Of a stretch of DNA of 63,760 nt, positions 54,071 to 63,760 are shown piece after piece. Each line of letters starts with the position of its first letter. The stretch's first letter is position 1. The notes below the pieces were generated by a model that had not been told where the DNA came from, ran no database searches, and was given only the letters and a program-made list of their open reading frames with translations. This DNA comes from Ancylonema sp. (lineage: Eukaryota), in assembly GCA_050230475.1 (NCBI GenBank), contig JBFLGF010000191.1, positions 1-63,760 of the forward strand, written 5' to 3'. A program made the position numbers and the translations under genes.

Positions 54071-56441
54071 CGATAACGTTTGGAATCGTAATAATAGTCC
54101 AATTTTCCGTTGCACGGACTTTAGTGGCAACTACCGGTAATGCATGCACCTTAGGCAGCACCAAGAATATTGTCGATGGTTTCAAACACGACTTCTCAGG
54201 TGGTGCTAGTAGGTTGGGCACCACTTGTTTTGTATTGTCGACACATCGATTATCCAAACATTTCAGGATGTGTAGGAGGTGTGACTCCATTCTATCCATT
54301 TGTTCTTGGCCCGCTGCTTGTCGTGCAGTCCATTGTTCAGAAAGATTGTTAAATTGTTTTTCTGTGATAGAATTATGAACTGTGGCTACGGAAGTATATG
54401 CCGGTGTGTCTTGAGCAAGAGCTGGTGCAAGTTTGGTTGGAATGTTTGCCCGAAGTTCATCGTACCACGCTCCTTCTACTTCTTGGATTTACATCGATGT
54501 CGAATATGGAGGATTAGTTATCCAACGTTTCCTTCGTTGTCGTTTGAGAATAGAGATGTTGCTTTCACTCTGCAACCGCTCCTCATATGGAAGATCATGA
54601 AGTGTCTCCTTTGCTTCCTCCATCGTGACGTAGAGTTGTTAGAATCGCATGTATCGAAAGTTATCAGAGACAAAGGTGAATTCCATAGTGTACTCCAGCT
54701 GCTCCTAGATTAAATCAATTCGCACCTCTTGTTATGTAAATGTCCTCTTCCAGGGTGTGGTGTCGATGGTATGGACTGGTTTTGCGTCAACTGAGATTTT
54801 CCGAAGTGAAGCCAGAGGGCAGACCGCTTCCAATAATTGTGGATGTGTGTAAGGTGGAGCTACTTGTCGATGCATTGTAGGTGATAAGTTTGTAGGGTTG
54901 TACTTCCCCTCCTAAGTTGGTGTAGGCAGGTTCGAGTAGCTTTGTCAAAAAAAAAACTCGGCGAGAAATCGATGAGCTTGATGCAGAAGTTGCGCTCCTC
55001 CACTCGATGATCTTCCGCTCCTTGTAAAAAATATTGAATTAAACACTTCAATTGAAGTGAGAAAATGCTTATTCGAAGCCGAATGCAATGTTACAACTCA
55101 AATGTGAATTAGATAAGTTGATTTTGCAAGCAGAATATTTTTGTGCAATCTTGTAAAAACTTGTGAACAGGGGATGGTGTAACAAGCCTAGGCGTTCGGC
55201 ACGTAGTAAGAAAGGGTTATGGTACCACGTGGTATCCAAAGATAGGCGTGGCAAGACTCTGAGCCGTGGGGCTTTCTCAGAGAGGGAATGATATACATCT
55301 CACTTGTAACCTAGAAGTAGGAAGATCTGGTGGGCACTAGATCCTTGCAGGGGATAGAGACGGAGCTCAATGTAAGAGAACCACTGGTAACCAAATGGAA
55401 AAGTCTCTGACAGGGAGATGTCAGTGCACTCGAGAAATGTCCTTTGCAGGCACTCTTTCAAATTACAAAGACCGGGGTAAGACATTTTCCAAGTGAACGT
55501 GTCACCCAAGGGGAGTGTGAGTGTAAGGTCGGCTCACAGGATAAGTATACAACCTCTCTTATGTTAAGAGATTGGGGAGAGTGCAACCCGAAGGTGGGAC
55601 ACAGAGTAAGGTTTACCGGAATATGACCTGAAAAGGCACTTTGTAAATTTTGCCTCACTGCTGCAAAAGCACTCCGTGGAATGGTCAAACAAGTTAGCAA
55701 AATTTGACCCTCCTAGGTTTGCAAGTTACGGAACCGCTTGGGCAATACCAAAGGAGGTGGCAAGTCTCAAGGTTACGGCTCTAAGGCACGACTTTTCCTT
55801 CGGACTGCCGAACTTGCTTTATTCTATCAGACAAGTTTTGATTTGGTGAGTAGTAGTTGTTTGACCGCTGAAGGGTCAGTCACCGTGTAAAAAGATTGTT
55901 TTGACCACTTAAAGGACCAGTGCCTTGTAAAATGTTGGGTGTCGCGTGGACCGGACAACGGTAAAGTAACTTGCTAGATGCCAGATGCAAAAATCGATGG
56001 ATAAAATAGAGATTGGGCACAACAGTGTCCAGGATATGATGCAGATCTATACAACCTAACAACAACAAAGTCTGTTGGCTGTCTCATATGCAAGATTGAT
56101 CAACACAAAGTTTTTTTTTTTTTTTTTTTAAGTTTTTGAATTCAGGCAAAATTTACAAGTTTACAGATCATTAAAATTTCTTAAATTTCTGCACAAATGG
56201 CACACTTTGCAACCTAACAATTCTGCACAAAATAGTATTTCACAAAATTCATAGAATTTTGATGAACGACACGCACATCGAAGCAAGATTCACAAAGAAT
56301 GCTCACGATTTTTTTTTCTACCTCCAGCTCTAGTAGCGCGTAGCGCTAAAAGCACACAAGATTGATGGTTTAAAAAAAAAAACTAAGCAATTTCAGTCGA
56401 TTACCCTAGCATTAGCGTCGATGCATAAATTCTGGTCGCCT

Positions 56442-57332
56442 TGTAAAGCTAGAATCCCAGGAAATTTGATGGCCAGAGACCTTTTCGCTAAATATAAGGT
56501 GTTTGTGTACGCTTGACTCACGGCGGTGATCGTAAACGATCACTTGAACGAGTGGAGGTACGTCGCCTTGTTTCGGCAACTCTCTCACTATGGGCAAGCT
56601 GTCAACAAGATAGCTCTACATGGGATCCAAGTTAGAGTATGCGATAAAATAGTTCAGCAAAAACACCTACAGCTCTCGGTCAGCGAGCAGCTATTTGTGT
56701 TTAAGTTTGCACTGCTTCTAATCAGCAGCAAAAAGACGGTAAGTCTGTACACCGACTTGCGTCGTGTGAAGTGTGAGGTCACGAGGATGCGTAGAAGGCG
56801 ACGATAGTAAAGTACGGAGAGGGAGAGCTCGATCAGACAAGCAATAATATTGGCAAGCAAGGAATGCGAAAGCACAAATTGCGAGCAAAGCACGATTCTT
56901 ATACCAGATACAAAATACACGAGAGGCAAGAAGAAATGCAAGTCTCTATAGTGTTAGATTCAGCGAAAGCTGAATTCTGAGTCTCGATTACAATGTTTTA
57001 TTCGAACTCTAGTGACGACGCTAGACGCGTGTCTATCTACAATTGATTCTTAGAAATAAGTCTCGCGCGCAAATGTTTTATCTACAATATCTATCGTCGG
57101 ATATTCATTGACGGCTAGCATTTATTTCAAGTAATTTATTGATCACATTTGGATTGCTAACTAGTTAAAAGTCACGTCGGATTGACGGCTAGTAAATGCT
57201 AAACAAATTCAATTCAAATTTTGAGCGGGGGCGCAGAGTGACGACTAGAGCTCGGGAGCGGGGCCGGCGAGCGGGGCGGAAGTTGTTGTGCGGCGGAACT
57301 CATAATATGGCGCGGCGCGGACGTCATTTATC
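56442..57332 (-). repeat. Putative 5' LTR of the DNMT-bearing Gypsy element
   Basis: Dispersed homologs at 24094-24735, ~24930-24990 and 46820-47180; homology ends near the minus-strand ...CTTTACA (56442); the outer boundary is uncertain. Confidence 0.6.
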
Positions 57333-60172
57333 ATAAGGAGAGAGTTGGTAGATATAGGGAGTAATATAGAGAACGATCTCAGACGTCGTGACAACCGGGT
57401 AGCTTTCATCCAGCCACAACAAAACCCCCGGTCGCCACGCGGTTGCGAAGGTGCCACCCGGGTGGGATGCGGTTGGGTGGTCGCCAAGTTGGCCGACAAA
57501 ATGCGAAAATTTAGTATACATATTTAATTTTAACGAAATAAGAAGTAAACTCGCAATAACATTTACATTATTAAAAGACGTCTGAGCACTAAATTTTAGC
57601 GTCAGTGAAGAATAACTGAAACCAATGCGATGAGAATGATGCAAGTTTGTCATGCCTATTTGAGTCGTCAACTCAAATCCCATATGTTTTAATTTAAGTA
57701 TAAAAACAGCCGCGCCGCTATGCTTTTCCGCTTAGTCACGACTCCACCTCCGCTCATGACATTCCGAGCTTCGTTGCTGACCAGCGCCGCAACCGGCACC
57801 GGCTTTGTTATGTTTGATTTTTCAACCTTTGACTATTTCTTTTGTATTTGAATTGATTAGCCTACGTGCCGATAAGTTATCAATAATACTTGATCGTGAC
57901 CGTAGCTTTCTATATCGACTGCTCATAATAAATGAGATGTCTGCAGGCAGTAGTACTGCACGCGCCGAGTTGATTATTTATTTCTTGCCACGCGTATCTG
58001 AGATAGCGCGCAAATATAATATTTCGAGTTGCCAACAACAAAGGATTTATATAACACTTTCAAATCATAAATTTTGATGGATTTGATGCTAAAGAGATTA
58101 CCTTGCACACCATTGTTTTTTGTGTGTCCTTGTTATCGCTTAGCTTGCCATCGTGACTATTGTTTTTGCAAGTTTCATTACTTTGTCGATTTTAGCCATT
58201 AAATTGAACTTCTTGTTATAAGTGGTCAATTGTAGCTCGGATTATTGAACTAGTATTATTGTCGTATTCAATACAACAAAAAAAAGTCGTTGTAACATTT
58301 TTTCAGAAGTTAATTCCGAGTATTGTAGCCTATCAACGTTTCCAACGAGTTTAAAGATTCGTAGTGCGCGCTGAGCTTATTCCAGAATGCCAACTTGTGA
58401 AGTGAGTTGTCGCACGTGCCTCATATAAGAGCCTAAAATTAAGAGTTTAGATGTCATGTCTAGTCGATAATTTTTATTAGCCTTAGATCAAGGTATGATT
58501 GTATGAGCTTCGTGTTGCTTCACTAGCCATAAGTTCATATATTATGAATGCTTGCTTGTGCGTGATATTTGCATCTCAAGTGAATGCTACACACCGTTTT
58601 ATGGTAAGTTGTTTTATTTTGTCGTTTACATAGTCAGAATCCGGTTACCCTCACAAGTGTCATCACCCTTGCAAGTTTTGTGACTATGTATTGCGTTGAC
58701 GTCACCAGAATCGTTTACGTCAACCTACACCACTTAGTGTACGCTAGATCGTGTCTTCACGCTTTGAGCCGTCTTGTTCTTCTCATCGTTTGAAATAATT
58801 TTTGGGACCGGAGAATATATCCATCGCGGCAGAATAAAGGTCCCTAGATTTTGTAGGTATTTTACGGGAATAACTGTTTCCTATTGGTTGCGGGAGCTAC
58901 GCTTTCATTTTACGACTAAAATAGAACGTACGGACAACATCCTTTTCCAGCTGGTCGACTCTGCTGTGATTGGCTCACAAATCCTCACAAGAAATCCCCA
59001 CATAAAGGATTCAGGCCCCAAATCCTCATAAAAATCACTCTGACGATTTTCAAAATGGATTTTCAAATCACTTTGGTTCCGATAAGCAACAATTCGACGC
59101 TTTATTTTCATGTTGGTTGGGGAGTCGATTAATTTAGGGTGTCTCCCCAACCGAAGTCGACGAATCCTCCGTCCTATAAGCTATGCTCTTACTACTTAAT
59201 TCTGTCATCTATGCAAAGATCGTTGCAATAATCACACAGTCATGAATTAAGTAACGCACGATAGTACAAAATCACTTCAACAAAAGAAACGGTAGAAAAA
59301 CTTTGATTACCATTTCGAAGTGTAATATTTTCTCTTTGGCCAGACATCACAAGTCGCTCCCGGCGCCACACAAGTCGATTAGACTAAACCTTAATAATAA
59401 TATCGACAAGACATCGACATCCGTCGACACGTGGCCAAATGTGCCAATGACAACACATGTCATATCAAACTAACAAAGCTAATTCGATATAACAAATCGA
59501 TACTTGCCGAGACAACAAATCATGTCTTGAAATACTTCGTTAGAATGACGCTTCTCAAAAATCGATATATAACAACAAACATAGTTCCCAGCCCAAACTT
59601 AACAATCAACACTATGTAAAGACTCGATTGTATGAGGTACAATCCCTTGACGTACCGATAGAGATCGATGACGTCACTACACGTGCGGCTAGTAAGGCAA
59701 CCTTAAACATGCTAATGACACATGCGGACGCGTGCGGATATAGATCCGCATGCAAGCAAGCGCTGACTACTTGCATCACAACATACATAGCATCACACCA
59801 CACCACAACTCCCCTGTCTAGCGAGACTACAAACATGCAGTTTGGTTTTACTACTATCCAAGGCAATGGAGACCTTGGTCGCCCAGATGCGCGGTGAGCT
59901 GGCGATCTGTTTGGCTAATGGGTTCCTGCCGACATCTAAACACTACTCAACGCAGCGGTATCACTACACAGAGTAATGCAAGACACGTGCGAGGCGATGA
60001 TAGAAGTTCCGGGAAGTTATCAGAAAAGTTAAGGTACAACGCTACTCCTGGCCCTATTATAGTGCAGTGGGTGAGGCACCCCCGCACGTGCGAAATCAGT
60101 GGCAACTCTACTAGCGTAACGCTTACGATGAAAGCTACCCTAAACCAATCAGTGTCCGACTTACAAGCCCGT

Positions 60173-60619
60173 TGTTAGGGGCGGATGCAAAACGTCCCTA
60201 GCAAGCTAATTGCAATGCACAATAGCTATGATGGCGAAAGGCCGGAATAACAATGGTGGCCGAAGCCGGAGACAGGATGTTTTGGTTTTGGCAATAATGG
60301 TCAACTCGGAGAGTGCAATACATGAGTTGATAGGAATGCTCTAGAGGTATTCCTATGGACTAAATATAGGAAAGTCGACCCTAGGCGATTCTAGGATCAA
60401 TGTGGGATAACTAGAACTCGATATAAGAGTAAATTGGAAAGCTAAGGGCAAACACTAGTTATGGGGACAAAGTCGCTAGGAACACATATCTCACTATAAA
60501 GGGACAGAACTTGATATAAGGACAAATTCGCTACTAGCACTCTAGGGCTAGTAGCATGGTGTAGGAGGCACACTCTAGAGACACACTAGTGGCTATAACA
60601 CTAGTGGCTAGTCCTAACA
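60173..60619 (-). repeat. LTR (447 bp), TGTTAGG...CCTAACA, probably the 3' LTR of a minus-strand Gypsy-like element
   Basis: Perfect 7-bp inverted termini; PPT-like GGGGGGTAC abuts it on the minus strand; no TSD is seen. Confidence 0.8.
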
Positions 60620-61615
60620 GTACCCCCCGTGTAAGAAGAGCTGGGTAGACGGCCGGGCTGAGAGGTGGAGAAAAAATGAGCCCGGGGACCCGGGTGGAGG
60701 GCGGAGCTCCGGGCTGAAGGCAATGAGGGCCGAGATCGCGGCGGGGGAGTACATGAGCCTAGGGTCGGGCGGAAAATGTCGGGCTCCCGTCAATTGGGAA
60801 ACCGGGAGCGGGGACCCGTGAAGGGACGGCTGGATGGAGACGATCTGAAAATTGGAGATCGGGGAACTGCGGAAGCGACCTTCGGATCCAAATGTGTCAG
60901 AAACTTGGGTTCGACAGGATGACGCCACGTGGAGGAAATTGGCGGATTGAGCCAAGATGGACGCCCCGCTGGCAGATTAGAAATCTGGGTAGGGTGGAGA
61001 TGCCGTCGGATGACTCCCAGTGGACGGCGGAGATAGAGATAAGTTCTCAAAAAACTTGGCGAGCTGCGAAACGCCGATGTGGAGAGACATTGCCGAATTT
61101 CGAGGTTCCAGAATGTTCCGAGTACGGCTAGGATGCAAGCCCGGGCATTGAAGGTTGGAGATGAGGCCACGTCGAGCGGGACGAACCAAAATCTGGAGAC
61201 TGGGACCTCGATCCCCCGCCAATCTGCGCAAGCGTAGCGGCTGGAAATCAGGCCGGAAGTTGCATGCCGCACGTGCGACCGAGCTAGCTACGGCCAGCAG
61301 AGGGCTCCGATCACGCGAAGTGCTAGTAGGAGAGCACGGGCACGTCAAGTCAGACGGCTTGATGAGGGGAAGGGTCGTGGGAGGGTAGGGACTGGGGTAG
61401 ATAAGAACAACTCCATCGTGGTAGCCGCTCTGCAGGGGCACGGAGGTCGAGGTTTGACTCCTCGGGGAGCTATTAACTGGAAATTGGGATCGGGAGGGGG
61501 ACTGAAGGGGGTCGAAAACAGGGTTGGGAATTCGATTAATGTCCGGTGGTGTAGTAGGACGATATGGAGAATTGTAAGGGAGGGAGGGGTGTAGGTGCGG
61601 CTGACAGGTTGTTGA

Positions 61616-61925
61616 TGTTAGGACTGCCCCTCTATAGCCACTTGTGTCTCTAGAGTGTGCCTCCTACACCATGCTACTAGCCCTAGAGTGCTAGTAGCGA
61701 CTTTGTCCTTATATCCAGTTCTGCCCCTTTATAGTGAGATATTTGGTCCTAGCGACTTTGTCCCTATAACGAGTGTTTGCCCTTAGCTTTCCAATTTACT
61801 CTTATATCGAGTTCTAGTTATCCCACTTGTATTGAGCCGGTTTCCTCCTATATATAGTCCATAGGAATGCCATTAGAGCACTCCTATCAACTCATGTACT
61901 TGCACTCCCGATTATGATCACCACC
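61616..61925 (+). repeat. Truncated inverted copy of the 60173-60619 LTR
   Basis: TGTTAGGAC...GTGTCTCTAGAGTGTGCCTCCTACACCATGCTACTAGCCCTAGAGTGCTAG... is the reverse complement of ~60290-60619. Confidence 0.9.
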
Positions 61926-62419
61926 ATTTTCCATTCGCTCATACCATCTCATTCATTCGGCATTTCGCCACATTTCCGCCATCTTTCCATGGTTGTGGAG
62001 AAGAAACCTCAGGTGGTTCTGGTTCCCATTCCCCGGAGGTGCTCGGATGAGCAGAGATGGAAGGAGTTGGCTGCTTGGCCAGTCGCTCTCCCATTCTGAA
62101 AGCAGACTCGGACAAGAGTGGTTCGGTCTCTTCGTATCTGATCGGCTCGTCCGTCACCGAATCCCAAGCCACTTTCTTGCCTGTTGCTTCCGTGGCACCC
62201 AATCTGGAAGATCGCCTCAGATTTAGGTTTTCAGCAGCAGCTTGCAGCTTCAAGGCCGACTTGAGAGGCAGCTGGCACCCTTGAAGAAAGGGGTCATCCT
62301 CCACCACATAGCCATGGTTGAGGTAGCGAGGCTCAAGCTCCTGCAACTCGTCTATGCGCTGCATGAAAGTGCCTTGTTGCGCTTGAAGAACATGCTGGGT
62401 GGCCTAGGAGGAAGCTAGG

Positions 62420-63684
62420 GAGTATCCAGCTTGCTTCTGCTTGCACTGCGCTTCGGTGTGGTGCATCTTCTGACAAAAAGTGCACCTGGCACCCTTCGTC
62501 CGATCTGCCTCCGTGAGGTTCCACCTCTGCAGTGGTGCAGACCCAACGCTGCTTGCAGCTCCCGAGGCAGCAGATATAGAAAGACGCTGCTGCGTCTGCT
62601 ACTGCTACTGGCCACCTCTGCTAGGAGCTGCCTAAGATTGGCCAGCTCCACATGATGTCGGCTTGGACGGGCAGGGCCGCATCAGATGACGTGTCTGGCC
62701 GCACGTGTGGCAGGCACGGTCGTCGCGGCCAGAGTAGGCAAGAGTAGGAGATGGAGTAGAGCCTGAGAGTAGGTTGGAGCGGGTGGGAGCAGAATTTTGC
62801 CTCCCAGATGACTGCTGCTCCTACTGCTAGCCGAAGTTCCCTTGCAGAATTTGCACTCTCCTCGCCACGGGCTGCATAATCAGGTTGGTGACGTTGTTGT
62901 TGGCCGGATCCAACCCGAAGTTGTAGAACTCCGCCGTCCTGGTCTGCAACGTATTCTCCGCTGCAGCAGTGATGGTGCGAATCTGATCGCGACCCATGGT
63001 TGGTAAGCTTGTAGCCAGCCGTCTCGCCTCCTCAGCTCGGTAGGTAGCGTCCATCTCAATCTTGACAACTCTGGGTAAAGCGTTGTAGAACCACAGCGCC
63101 CCCTCCCTCGGGATAGTCCGTCCAGACTTCTCAGAAGCAGTAGCATCTTCATCGATCTTTGTGAAGATCATGTGGACGGAGTCCTCTGGGTCCGCCTGAA
63201 AGTTACGCAGCCTGTTGAAGGCTTTGGTCACGTCGTTGATGAACCGCAGACGGATGGCAACGAAGAAAGATTCGATGTCGTCCGGTTCATCGGCTAGCGG
63301 AGGCTGAGGAGGGTGTGCAGGGTCGGGATGGTTTGCCTCTTCCCGTCGGTAGGTCATCCAGGCTCTGCGGGCGGCAGCTCTATCCGCTTGCCGCTGATGA
63401 TCCGCGTGGCCGGCTGGAAAGACCGCACTCCTTTCGGTGACGTGGTTGGTCAGAACTTTCCTGGCATCCCGCCCGAGGAAAGGAGCCAAGTCGTAGAGGA
63501 GGAATTCGATCTCCCCATATCCCTTCTTGATGCGGGCCGGACGCATTGCGATCTTATAGTAGAGACCGCGAGCATCGATGAAGAAATCTGTTTCGTGGGA
63601 GCTTATCGCCCCATTGTAGTGAGCGATGGAGTCGGCCATGTCTTCAGAGTCGTCTTCTAGAATCTGTCTGTTGAGCAGAATCAC
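62420..63684 (-). pseudogene. Retrotransposon Gag remnant with two CCHC zinc knuckles
   Basis: 285-aa ORF with capsid-like FFVAIRLRFIND...LRNFQADPEDSV...FYNALP; downstream CHTCGQTRHLMRPC (~62715) and CTFCQKMHHTEAQC (~62485); premature TAG at 62827. Confidence 0.75.
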
Positions 63685-63760
63685 CCGCGGAGCTAGCGGT
63701 GATGTGGTCTCTTTTGTCCCGTCATCTTGGGAGCCGGACCGCGAGCCTGCGGGTCCTTAC

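Larger units (their letters stand above)
51345..57332 (-). mobile_element. Degenerate Ty3/Gypsy-type retrotransposon carrying a C5 DNA methyltransferase (putative LTR - leader/gag - protease - DNMT - RT stub)
   Basis: Protease, DNMT and RT motifs occur in this order on the minus strand. The upstream LTR-like repeat ends ...TTTACA followed by the PBS-like AGGCGACCAG. The 3' LTR was not found and the boundaries are approximate. Confidence 0.8.

Overview
Eukaryotic nuclear DNA from a green plant, most likely a streptophyte alga or early-diverging lineage. This is an inference from the plant-type Tubby F-box, dCMP deaminase and RPS7 genes, GT-AG introns and standard code. Five recognisable intron-containing genes were reconstructed by hand: a MOV10/SDE3-like RNA helicase (5' part, with two disablements in this sequence), organellar ribosomal bL17, dCMP deaminase, a Tubby-like F-box protein and RPS7. 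One further spliced orphan gene with a signal-peptide-like segment is only partly seen by the ORF track. The remainder is a dense transposon landscape: two degenerate Copia elements, many hAT-like (8-bp TSD) and Tc1/mariner-like (TA TSD) MITEs, a ~63-bp satellite inside one TIR element, and Ty3/Gypsy remnants. The most notable item is a decayed Ty3/Gypsy polyprotein (about 51.6-54.1 kb, minus strand) carrying a C5 cytosine DNA methyltransferase between protease and reverse transcriptase. A second recurring signal is an intron architecture with G-runs after donors, C-runs before acceptors and complementary telomere-like simple repeats. All calls are manual; no database search was run. Long homopolymers suggest some disablements may be sequencing errors.
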